Shown: positions 25,901 to 36,670 of the stretch, piece after piece | Numbering within the stretch: position 1 is the stretch's first letter | Layout: the number at the start of each line of letters is the position of its first letter | Notes under the pieces: generated by a model | The model's input: only the letters and a program-made list of their open reading frames with translations | Databases searched by the model: none | Told to the model about the DNA's origin: nothing | Position numbers and translations under genes: made by a program | DNA from: Flectonema sp. DT1601 | Taxonomy: Eukaryota | Assembly: GCA_964019425.1 (NCBI GenBank) | Contig: OZ025781.1 | Span: forward strand, 496,001 to 560,000 | Length of the DNA stretch: 64,000 nucleotides | Direction of reading: 5' to 3'

Positions 25901-26853
25901 GTGTCTGGTCTTCTTCCTTCCCACAACATGTACCAAACTCGTGCTCAACGTACTCCACTTTGTGGATTAGATATTCAGACCCTTCGTGATTTAATTCAAC
26001 AAGGTATTAGTAAGGTACCTGACTTTAAAGGATCAAGAGCTATATTCCAACAGGCTCTTCAATTCTCTGTTTTGTTGATTCCGAAATCTGAAGAAGAACA
26101 GAAAGAAATTCTTCAACTCAGCAAGCAAGCCACTCAGTACGTCTCTGCCTTTGCTCTGCAGTTGGCTAGAGCTGGTAAGGATGTCGTTAAATCGAGTGAG
26201 ATGGCTGCTCATTTCACTCACTACGATTTAGTTCCAAAGCAAAAGTGTGATCTTCTTCACTACGCAATGAAGCAGTTGCACAAGGCTGAAATGTACGCCA
26301 CTGCCGGTGCTGTTGCAAAACGTCTCCTGGACTACAACCCTGGCGCCAAGAAGGAGCAAGACGCTAAGCAGGTAATCAAAAAATCCGATGCTGGAGACAA
26401 GCAACCTGTATGTGTAAAATCTGTTTATTTAATTCTAGTTAGCAATTGTTAGACCTGATCATTACGAATAAAAAAAAAAAAAAACACAGTTGAACTACAA
26501 CCCAAGATGCCCATTTACTGTGTGCGTCAAGTCATGGGAACCAATGTTTGCGGTATGTGTTTAACCTATCTTTGTAGATGAAAAATATTTTTTTGAATTT
26601 TTTTTGCATAAAATAAACACCTCACAGGGATCATCGAACCCAATAACTTGTCCATGTTGTGCTTCACCAGCGAGACCTGATTTCACGGGTATGATATCTT
26701 TTTATTTATTTTTATCCAGAAAAAAAAAAAAAAAAAAAAACGTTGAAAGGAAGCAATAAAAAAATAATAACAACAACAGGTGCCGTGTGTCCTATTTGTG
26801 ACTTGGGTGAGTTTGGAAAGACTCAGAACCTGCCGCCAATGAAATTTAACTGA
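22919..26853 (+). CDS. COPA: Coatomer subunit alpha (exons 22919-26407, 26490-26552, 26628-26688, 26780-26853)
   Basis: N-terminus MLVKFETRSNKVKGLSFH..RPWIL.SLHNG, WD40 propellers and an acidic GW-D linker. Three GTATG..CAG introns restore the C-terminus LNYNPRCPFTVC...CPCC...CPICDLGEFG. The start may instead be the ATG at 22949. Confidence 0.95.
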
Positions 26854-28122
26854 GGAACTGTAGAATTGCGACCAAAACTAATATACATATAATAGTGCAA
26901 TTGGGTCCCTTTCCACCAAACCACGTAGTGTTTCTCTTCCCCAACTTTAGGTTTAGTGCACAAATTTTTTTTTTGCTCGTTTTTTTTCTTTATAATCTGG
27001 TTTTCTGCCCTCCTCCCATCACCCAATAAAAATTGACGGCAATCAAGTCCAGATTACAAATATTTAACTAGTAAGGTGTTGCACTCTTGCACGAGTTTAT
27101 GGATTCTTGTCTGTTGGGTTCCCCTTTTTGTTTTATTTTATTCTTTGTTTCTGCTCCCTACCACGACCGTTGCTGGCATGTTTTTTTTTTTTTTTTTTTT
27201 AAATGCTTTGCCCTAAAGTATATCTTTTTAGGTCTTTTTATGTGAGAGTTCCTTTCTTTTTTTTTTTTTAATAAAAATTGGGAGAGATGCCCCAACACGC
27301 TGCTTGAGAAGTATCTCTTTTTTTAGTGCAGCAAAAAAAAAAAAAAAATAATAAAAAAAATCCACCAACTTGAGTACTGCAACTCGACCACCACTGTGAT
27401 GAAGCGACATGCTGTGGTTTGATTAACCAGTTGGATTGCTTTGTGTGTTGTGGTATAGTCCGCTTCTATCCTCGCCAGCTTTCCTTTTTTTTTCTTCTTT
27501 TTTTTTTTTTTTTTTTTCCTCTACCAAAGTGTTTATGATGACTTCTGACTCTCTTCCCTGTTTTTGGAGAGAGGCAACTACTGGCATCAAGGAAAAAAAA
27601 AAAAGAAAAAAAACAATGTGGGGAGGGGCGAAAAAAAATAGGGAAAAAAAAAAAAAATTGATATGGAGGTGTGGACAAGAAGCAAATTCAAATATTATTA
27701 CTTTCCCCTCTCTCCCCCTTTTTTTTTTATTATTTGTCATACAGGTAGTGTGCCACGACAACTGTCTTTGCGAAGGCCAGGAGAGAATGTTTTGGACGGG
27801 GAATTCCTTTTTGCTTCTTAACAAGAATACTAATCGCCTCCTCCATGCGAAGGGGGAAAAAAACAAAAAAAAAGAGAGAGAGAGAGAGAGAGATTAAAAA
27901 AAAAGAGAGAAAAAAAGAAATGAGAAAAAAAAAAGAGAAATCTCTTATCCCAGGCAGGTTATGTGGAAAAGTCAAGCTTCACGAAGAGTCTTTTTTAATA
28001 TTTTTTCTTTTCAAAACAGCAACCATGATCTTATCGCAAAAAAAGAGAAAAAAAAAAACGATTTGTGTGTTCTGAGTAAATGATTCCCTAACCTCATTAC
28101 ATATCAACTTCAACAGTAAATT

Positions 28123-28896
28123 ATGGAAGTAATTTTTATCAGCGAAGCCTCTGACACTACTGAAGTGGTCACAGTACGTGCTGATGACACAATTTTACAG
28201 GTGAGAGACGTTGTTAGCATTGCACTTAACGTTGAATACTTTGATTTTGAATATGAAGGAAAAATAATTGACAACAGCGATCAAACAAATTTCATTGAAG
28301 CTGCGGCATTGCAGCCAGGGGCTGAAATGATTGTAAAATACAGTCTGCGAAGACAAATTAAAATGATAAGAAATAATGAAAAAACACTATCAGATTTTCC
28401 GAGCGATGTGCGTCACGACTACAGAGTAGTCGCTGCGGCAATTGGAGTTAATGTGACACAGATAACTGAATTAGATAAAGAGAAACTTCACAACGATTAT
28501 AAACTACAACAAGTCATAGCATCAACTGACGGTTTAGCCTTAGCATACCTCCCTCATTCTACGTGTAACGATAAGGACATCGTCATCAGAGCTGTTACAA
28601 ACAATGGATGTGCTCTCCATTTTGCTTCTAGTAGGTTACAAGATGACAAAGAAATAGCCATCGCGTCAATATCGTCAAGGGTCGAGGCATTGACTTTTAC
28701 GAGTGACAGATTACGAAATAACTTCGATGTTGTAAAGGCTGCTGTATCCCAAAAAGGCACAGCAATCAGACACGCTTCTCTTGAAATGCGACGCAACATT
28801 GAAATCTGTACTGAAGCATATAGTAATGACAACTGGGCAATTAACCATATCGATCCTTTAATTAGGGATCGAATTGTGAACACTTCACAAAAATGA
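28123..28896 (+). CDS. Ubiquitin-like N-terminal domain + DUF4116-like repeats
   Basis: Repeats of the form DKDIVIRAVTNNGCALHFASSRLQDD and NFDVVKAAVSQKGTAIRHASLEMR. The N-terminal ~75 aa have Ubl-like spacing. Confidence 0.7.
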   Translation: MEVIFISEASDTTEVVTVRADDTILQVRDVVSIALNVEYFDFEYEGKIIDNSDQTNFIEAAALQPGAEMIVKYSLRRQIKMIRNNEKTLSDFPSDVRHDYRVVAAAIGVNVTQITELDKEKLHNDYKLQQVIASTDGLALAYLPHSTCNDKDIVIRAVTNNGCALHFASSRLQDDKEIAIASISSRVEALTFTSDRLRNNFDVVKAAVSQKGTAIRHASLEMRRNIEICTEAYSNDNWAINHIDPLIRDRIVNTSQK

Positions 28897-29000
28897 GATT
28901 GGAGTGTAGGTTCGCTACATTAATGTTTTTTTTTTTTAATTATGAATGAAATTATTTATTTTTATTTTTATTTCACAACTCAGTAGTGGGAAAGGGGGAG

Positions 29001-32000
29001 ATGTGGGTAGCTGTCACCCTGCTGTTGTTTGTACATTTGTTGGGGAGTTCAGTCACAGCACAAGTCGTCAATGATACAAATGGAACATATGTCGTGGAGA
29101 AGGGAATTACAAAATGTAAATCGAGAGATATTGAAATAGACAATAATGGAACAGCAGATATGCAAACAGCCATCTGTCCGATGGCACCTCAGCTACGATA
29201 CCTTGTTGATGATGGAGCAGGAGCAAGTATTAACACTTATGTGTTCTCAGCTTGTGGATTCATTCTTTGGATGATCGGCTGGGGATTTATAAGTAAATAC
29301 ACAGTCGACAGTGGGTATGTCGACATCCCAAGGACCATCGAATCATCGACAGCAAATCAACGCAGAGCTGCTTCTCTTTGTATTGTCTTCATAGAACTCC
29401 CTCAGCTACTTGCCATATGTTTCAACAGTGCTATGAAAAACGAATACTCACCTGACATGAGTCGTTTACGTGATGTGCTTCTCTATTGGTTACTAAGATT
29501 TGATGATTCTTTTCAGAGTGGAATGTTCGCTCTTATCATTGTCGTTACGTGGTTTTTGATTATTGTTATTTATGTGCCATTGGCCGTTGCGATCTTATCT
29601 CCAGAATGGTACGCAAGATACGCCAGTAAAATATCACCAACGACAGTGTGGGTTACAGAATGGTCTCGCGACGTTTATTTGTATTATCTACCGCTACCGA
29701 TATTTGTTAATTTATTGAAACCATTCTTTTGTACTGACTACGCTCCTCCTCCAGCTGGTTTCGGAGAAAAATCCACCGCAAGCTGGGATAACAACGTCGT
29801 ATGCTGGGAAGGTAATCATATCGCTATGTTAGTAGTTGGTGGAATTACGTTGTTTGTTTATTACTTATCGTGTCTCGCAGCGGGGATGGTTCCTGTTCTT
29901 GTCGCAAAAGCAACAGATCTGGTTACTAATGGAAGGTACACAGCCATCTCTATTCAGTGCAAACTGTGGATTGCTGGAGTATTTTGTCTTTGCGAAACAA
30001 AATACAGATGGGCGCATGTCTCAACTGTTTTTGCTGGTCTTTCAACGTTGACGTTGTTTTCGATTACAATGAGGCCTTGCAGGGTTGAGCGAATTAATTT
30101 TTATAAGTCATCTTGCTTAGCTGTTGCTGTTTGGGTTTGTATAACAAATATGTTCGTAGCTGCTCTAGATGATCCATCAGCTCTATCACCATTTCGAATG
30201 GCATACGGAGGATCAGTTGTGTTGTTAGTAGTAATCTCATGCCGTTATTACCTCATTCCTGATAGCAGAATATTCCCACCAATCCTAGTTGAGGACGGAA
30301 CATATGAAGGCGCAGTCTCTCTCGCAACACTACTCCGACACGGATATGGTACTCAGCGTTGGTCTGATGGTGCTGAATACGTTGGGTCTTTCTTTTTTGG
30401 AAGAATAACAGGACGTGGTGTCCTTCGACTTGCTAATCAAATGTACTACGAAGGCCAATGGTCAAATGGTAAACGACATGGGTTTGGAAAAACCAACATG
30501 ATAAACAGTGCTGATGTCAAGGAATACGAAGGCTATTTTCAAAACGATGAATTCGAAGGATTTGGGAAGAAGACATTCTTAGACTGTGAGACTTACGAAG
30601 GGGAATGGAAAAAAGGACAAGAACACGGAATCGGTATTTGGAAATTTCCAGACGGGTCAACAGTTTACGGCGACTGGGACGAAGGAGAAATAAAACTTCC
30701 CGACAAGAGACATGAAATTGATAAGGCATCCCTCCAAGGAACAATGAGGTATGGTGTACTTCATGGATCAGGTGCCCGTAGTTATGAAGACGGAGGTAAG
30801 TACGATGGCCAATTCTCATGCGGAGTCCGACATGGAGAAGGTCGAATGCTATGGTCTGACAGCTCAACATATCATGGAGGATGGAACAACGATCGCCAAC
30901 ACGGTGATGGTCACTTTGAGTCCCCTGACGGAACAAGCTACGAAGGCGATTGGCTCAACGGAAAGATGGACGGTTTTGGTATCCTTCTCTCTTCAACTGG
31001 TGAAACCTTCGAAGGTAACTTCAAGTCTGGAGAACGCAAAGGCTACGGCAAATGTACCTACAACGACAGCAATAAGTTCATCGAATACACTGGCTCTTGG
31101 TCTAACGGAACTCATACAGGTAAAGGAACAATGTTATACCAGAATGGTGATAAATACGAAGGCCCCTGGCTACACGGACTCCGCAATGGAAATCCGGGAG
31201 TTTATATCTTTGCCGACGGGTCTTGGTATGAAGGCGATTGGGCATACGATGACGAAGACGGTGAAGGAATACTTTATCTAACTGATGTCGGACAATACAC
31301 GGGATCATTTAATAAAAGTATGAGAGATGGTCAAGGAAGGTTCGAATGGCTTGATGGTTCTCTTTATCAAGGACAGTGGCAATCTAATACAATGCATGGT
31401 CATGGTGTACTTAACTTTAGGTCTGATATTTTAATAACTTCAATAAAGAGTGCTTGTGTTGAGTATAAACCTGTTACGAATATCTGTAAGGAGGTCCTCG
31501 ATAATAAAAGCACTGTAAGCAGTGGTCATACTAACACACCAGGGTTCATAGAAGAGGATAACCCTGGACAGGATGCTGATCCTGGACAGGAAGTCGATCC
31601 TCAACAAGAAGAACAGGAGATGAAAGAAATTGTTCCTACTCTCAATTTATCACCATACCCTGAACTACCTCGTCCAGAAGTAGAAGTTAAAATAAGTCCT
31701 AGGTCAACTGATGATGTTCCGGTACTGGCTAATATAACTGGAGGTAAGTATGAGGGAGACTGGCATAACGGAGAGATGCATGGAAACGGAAGTATAGTTT
31801 TCGCTGATGGCTCTCAATATGACGGTGAATGGAAGCACAACCGACCTCAAGGTAAAGGAACTCGCACATACGCATCTGGAGAAGTCTACAGAGGAATGTG
31901 GTTTGATGGAAGGAGACAGGGGATTGGTGAAATTATATATCCTGATAAACGAAAGTTTACGGGACAATGGCTGAACGATCTCAGACATGGAGCTGGTAAG

Positions 32001-32600
32001 TTACAACACCCTGAGCGTATCATACCTGGTTATTGGAAGCATGACGTCTTCGTTGGAGATTCAATTACTCATTTCAAGAATGTAGAAATGGAAGGCTACG
32101 GTATCAAAAGACAACCAAAACTATTAATTGATATTCCAGAGACTGAATACGTACCTTCCATACCACCTACTCTACCTGATGAAGAGGAAATGATAAGTGG
32201 TTTAAATGGATTATTTACCACAACAACACCAGCTGTTTTTATTAATCAAACTCATGCTATCGATGCAAGTCATTCGCTTGAACCCGTCCTACCAGACAAT
32301 GAAAGCAGCTGCTGTAATGAAGTTGAAGTTGACGTTGCATTTCCATCAAGCTCTTCTTTACCTGGAAAGAAGTTAAATGCTTGGAAGGTTACATTTTTTG
32401 AAACACACGGTCGTCATCCAACTAAGAAAGATATTAATAAGAATCCTGACATCCTACTAATGTATTCGGAATACGAATCGAAGGAAGGTCGAAAGGAAAA
32501 GAAAAAGAAAAAGAAGAAGAAAACCAGGAAACGGATTGGTACCAAAACCCCACAGAGCCATCCTACAGTACGCGAAACAACTGATAGTGAGTCAAACTAG
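29001..32600 (+). CDS. Multi-pass membrane protein with C-terminal MORN repeats
   Basis: Signal peptide, several hydrophobic helices, then many Y.G.W......G.G MORN repeats and a Lys-rich tail. First ATG is at 29001. Confidence 0.85.
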   Translation: MWVAVTLLLFVHLLGSSVTAQVVNDTNGTYVVEKGITKCKSRDIEIDNNGTADMQTAICPMAPQLRYLVDDGAGASINTYVFSACGFILWMIGWGFISKYTVDSGYVDIPRTIESSTANQRRAASLCIVFIELPQLLAICFNSAMKNEYSPDMSRLRDVLLYWLLRFDDSFQSGMFALIIVVTWFLIIVIYVPLAVAILSPEWYARYASKISPTTVWVTEWSRDVYLYYLPLPIFVNLLKPFFCTDYAPPPAGFGEKSTASWDNNVVCWEGNHIAMLVVGGITLFVYYLSCLAAGMVPVLVAKATDLVTNGRYTAISIQCKLWIAGVFCLCETKYRWAHVSTVFAGLSTLTLFSITMRPCRVERINFYKSSCLAVAVWVCITNMFVAALDDPSALSPFRMAYGGSVVLLVVISCRYYLIPDSRIFPPILVEDGTYEGAVSLATLLRHGYGTQRWSDGAEYVGSFFFGRITGRGVLRLANQMYYEGQWSNGKRHGFGKTNMINSADVKEYEGYFQNDEFEGFGKKTFLDCETYEGEWKKGQEHGIGIWKFPDGSTVYGDWDEGEIKLPDKRHEIDKASLQGTMRYGVLHGSGARSYEDGGKYDGQFSCGVRHGEGRMLWSDSSTYHGGWNNDRQHGDGHFESPDGTSYEGDWLNGKMDGFGILLSSTGETFEGNFKSGERKGYGKCTYNDSNKFIEYTGSWSNGTHTGKGTMLYQNGDKYEGPWLHGLRNGNPGVYIFADGSWYEGDWAYDDEDGEGILYLTDVGQYTGSFNKSMRDGQGRFEWLDGSLYQGQWQSNTMHGHGVLNFRSDILITSIKSACVEYKPVTNICKEVLDNKSTVSSGHTNTPGFIEEDNPGQDADPGQEVDPQQEEQEMKEIVPTLNLSPYPELPRPEVEVKISPRSTDDVPVLANITGGKYEGDWHNGEMHGNGSIVFADGSQYDGEWKHNRPQGKGTRTYASGEVYRGMWFDGRRQGIGEIIYPDKRKFTGQWLNDLRHGAGKLQHPERIIPGYWKHDVFVGDSITHFKNVEMEGYGIKRQPKLLIDIPETEYVPSIPPTLPDEEEMISGLNGLFTTTTPAVFINQTHAIDASHSLEPVLPDNESSCCNEVEVDVAFPSSSSLPGKKLNAWKVTFFETHGRHPTKKDINKNPDILLMYSEYESKEGRKEKKKKKKKKTRKRIGTKTPQSHPTVRETTDSESN

Positions 32601-32840
32601 TTTGTGTGATAGGATTCTTCTGCGTTCAACGAAATATCAGGTTGGTCTGAATGTTTTTAATACTTCATTACTTCGAGTACGGATCTGGAAGAGAACAATC
32701 TCATCTTTTTTATCGAACGGTAAACTCGAATCCCTTTTGGGAGAAAAAAAGAAAAAAAAGAAAAAAAGTAAAAAAAATTCTAGCTAAACCAACATTGCGA
32801 ATACTTCCTAACTTCATTGCATTCTTATTTCTTTTTCTTC

Positions 32841-35800
32841 TAAAAAAAAATTATTTGAAGGTGCATTTCACAGGCCTCAAAATTGGACCCCCAGGTACCA
32901 CGCGGTCCACACTTTTTGAGATTTTTCATTCCTTTGCCGAAATCAGCCAAATCGAGGTTTTTTCGGCCCCGAAATCACATTTTTGGGGGTTCTGATGGGG
33001 TCCTGGGTATTTTTTGCCCCCGGGAAGGTTATATTTACCAAAATTCGGAAAAAGTACTTTATCAAAAAGTAAAAAATTTCTAGCTTAACCAACATTGCGA
33101 ATACTTCCTAACTTCATTGCATTCTTTGTTCCTGTTGTCGTATTATTGGTTGGGTGTAGTTGATATCTGTTAGAGTTATTTTATTGTTGTTTCAGGGACC
33201 CTTCTGGGAGCTCAGTACATCATTTTATATTTTAGTCCTCTCTCTTTGAATATTAACTCTGGTTACGTTACATTCAGGTTTGGTTGGTTGTAAGTTGCTT
33301 TTTAAAAGTTTAAATATTTTAATTCGAATTCAGAACAAACATAAAATGAAGTTGTCGCTCGCCCTTTTGTCGCTCCCTTGTTTGGCTGCCGGACTTACGG
33401 CCTCGGCCGAAGACGTTGCCCACCTTGCGTTTGACTCGTTCAAGAGCCAGTACAACAAGAAGTACGTCAGCGAGGTTGAGGAAGCGAAGAGATACGAAGC
33501 CTTCAAGGCGTCGCTCGACAGAGTTGCGGCCTCTGGAAACCCAACTCATGGAATCACGAAGTTCAGTGACATGACTCCTGAGGAGTTCAAGGCAACGTAC
33601 TTGAGCGCCCGTCCTCTTCAGAAGAGCAGCCCACCTGTTGCGGAATGGGATGGTGAGTGCACTGCTTGCAAGAGATTCCCTGAACTCAGCAACCTGAAGA
33701 ACGCAACCTCATTCGACTGGACTACCAAGGGAGCAGTGACCAAGGTGAAGAACCAGGGACAGTGTGGATCTTGCTGGAGTTTCGGAACTACCGGAGACAT
33801 CGAGGGGACCTGGTTCTTGGCTGGAAACGACCTCACTTCCCTCTCTGAGCAAGAGTTGGTGTCGTGTGACAAGACCGACGATGGCTGTGGTGGAGGTCTT
33901 CAAGAGACAGCTTTCGCTTGGGTGATCAAGCAGGGAGGACTGACCACTGAAGCTAACTACCCATACAACTCAGGTGGTGGCCGTGTAGATGCTTGCGAGG
34001 AGGCGAAGAAGAAGCCAATCGCCGCTTCAATCAAGACCTGGTACCAGGTGTCGAAGAACGCTGGCGGGGAATCGAAGATTGAATCGCAGCTTCCCCACGT
34101 TGGACCGATCACCATCGGAATCAACGCCACCCCTATGCAGGACTACAAGGGTGGAGTTGACAACCCAAGATTGTGCTCTGGACTTCAGCTCGACCACGCT
34201 GTGTTGATTGTTGGATTCGGAACTGACAACGGTGTTGACTACTGGAAGATTAAGAACTCATGGGCAGCTGACTGGGGAGAGGAGGGTTACTACAGAATCG
34301 TTCGTGGTCACAACAAGTGTGGTCTGGCGAACGACGCTGTCCACAGTGTTGCCGGTAAATAGGCTGTGGGGTTGTATTATAATTATTTCGTGTTTACACG
34401 TTTTCTCATCCATCTTATTTAGTGTGAAATGTTTGACGAAAGAACAACAACCAGTGAAAATGGATGTAAGTTCAGAACATGGCAGCCATTTCTTATATAA
34501 ATAGTTCTAGAATGACTGCCACCTATTCCTCTCTTGTCTAATATAGGAATAGCCTGTGTGTCGTATCGCACAGCATATTATCTATACTTTTATTTTTGAA
34601 TCTTATAAAGAGGTTTTTGGACATCGATTCTGTTCAAGTCCTGCTTACGAGTGAATGATGTATCTTGTTTGTGCTATTAAATGGTGACTGGAGTTCTTCT
34701 ACAAAAGCATCTGGTGCCTAACTGTTCGATATTCACGTACTTTTCCTTGTTTAAAGAAGTGTCTGTTGTCAAGGATTAGTAAACAAAGAATCTTTGAACT
34801 GCTCTCTGTATTGTCGTGGTGGTCTTAACCGTATAGCATTATTGTATTCCATCAAACAGTTAACCGAACCACACACAAAATGAAGTTGTCGCTCGCCCTT
34901 TTGTCGTTAAGGGAAGTAGCACAGTACTGAGGAGGTGGATGAAAGATTGCTCTTGCGGAATTACAGAATTCAATTATTAAGTTATCGATTCTGTGTTTTC
35001 TAAGTCGGAATGTGTTCTTAAGTTAGTTAATTTATTTATTATTTACTGCAACAGGATGTATGACAACAATCAAAACTGTTCTTTAGTTGCCTTTGCTAGA
35101 CAGATACCTCAATCCCGTATAATTTACAGGGGAAATTCGGTGTATTTTGGGCCACTTTTTGTTGGCCTTTTTTTTGGTGCATTTTGGGGCTGGGTAAGGG
35201 GAACGGTCCGAAGAAAAGATTATTTTTAATCATAGCCCGAAACCAACTTGTTTGTTGTCCTACGAACTTTTGCATTCGATTGAATTTTCCCGCCCTCTCC
35301 CCTTCTTTTGACTGATAACCATTAATACTAACACATTGGTATTCCGCGTTCCCTGATATATTTATATAGGGGGACTGTGTTAAATGGTAAAAGAAATAAC
35401 CATGTTGACGTGGTTCCCTTGGCTGAGAAGGGCAAACGCGATGAGTAGGACAGGCCAGACACCGCAGTGTCTCCCTTGCTTTCTTCGCTGAAGAGGGCTG
35501 GGTAAGGGGAATGGTCCGAAGAAAAGATTATTTTTAATCATAGCCCGAAACCAACTTGTTTGTTGTCCTACGAAATTTTGCTTTTTTTTTGATTGTATTA
35601 ATACTAACTCATTTGTTTGAAAAAATGATTTCCAATTAATGTCTTTGCTGAAAAAACCCGTCGATGCCACCACCCCGACATTATTTGTTAGGATTATACA
35701 GCCCCCTCATGTTTTCTAACTGAATTCTGGATAACACTACCATAATTTATGTAAAGTGAGTACTCCGCTATTAGTGTTACTACGAACTAGCAATATGGGT

Positions 35801-36670
35801 AGGCCATCAAATTCTGATGGATAGATTAGGGGGGGGGGGTGTGTCCTGTCGGTTCCGTATGTGAAATCTATTACAATTAATGAAGACTTGGTTGTGGATT
35901 TAATTATTAATTTATTAGAGGATTCAGACATTCTAGTTTTTAGAGAAGAGCAAGACGGGTCATGTTATTTTATAGGAAATTACAACTACAGAATATGTTG
36001 CACTATTCAGGAATCGAAGCTGCTTTTTCAGTTTTTCCTTATTACTTTACGATTGTTGCCGTCGTTTTGGAACGCTTCATCAATATTAATAAACCTTTTC
36101 GTCTTTCAGTAGATTCCAAAAAAAAAGGAAACAAATAAAAACAACAACAGCAATGCAAGTTTTTGTGACGTGTCCGGATTTGGGATTCCCTGCGGTGTCA
36201 GTCACGGTTGGTGCTGATTCTGTTGTGAGCGACGTGTTGATGGAAGCGGCTGGCGAGTGGGATGTCGATGCGGAGGAAGTTGAACTGTTGTTCGCTGGTG
36301 ATGTCCTTTGTGAAAGTGAGCGGCTGGCAGATCATGGAGTGGGTGGAGACAGCGAGTTGGAAATGCGGAAGAAGCTGATTCGGATCTTCGGTAAAAACTG
36401 GTTTGTTGATGATAGAAAAAGGGAGATGCTGCTTCTTTGGATTAGAGACCACAATACGGAGGATTTATATCTGGACACTCCCACATTCTTGGAGGATGGT
36501 TGCCTCACTGTTGACAAAAGATTGCTTCCTTCAGATGCCAAACGGATTTCCTTCCGCCATTCAAACTCCAACAGCACGGTCATCTCACAAGTTACTTCTA
36601 TTGGAGATGACTTTTTATATGATTGTTCAGAAATCACTTCTCTTGATCTTTCAAGTATTAGTAGTGTCAC
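32841..36670. repeat. Segmental duplication, copy 1 (pairs with 55560-59389, offset 22719)
   Basis: ORF-track entries are identical at offset 22719. Only two amino-acid differences are visible in the Ubl part (M/T, E/V). Confidence 0.95.
33346..34362 (+). CDS. Papain-family (C1A) cysteine protease, cathepsin L/F-like preproenzyme, copy 1
   Basis: Signal peptide, I29 prodomain (GITKFSDMTPEEF), QGQCGSCWSF, LDHAVLIVGFG and YWKIKNSW. Confidence 0.95.
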   Translation: MKLSLALLSLPCLAAGLTASAEDVAHLAFDSFKSQYNKKYVSEVEEAKRYEAFKASLDRVAASGNPTHGITKFSDMTPEEFKATYLSARPLQKSSPPVAEWDGECTACKRFPELSNLKNATSFDWTTKGAVTKVKNQGQCGSCWSFGTTGDIEGTWFLAGNDLTSLSEQELVSCDKTDDGCGGGLQETAFAWVIKQGGLTTEANYPYNSGGGRVDACEEAKKKPIAASIKTWYQVSKNAGGESKIESQLPHVGPITIGINATPMQDYKGGVDNPRLCSGLQLDHAVLIVGFGTDNGVDYWKIKNSWAADWGEEGYYRIVRGHNKCGLANDAVHSVAGK

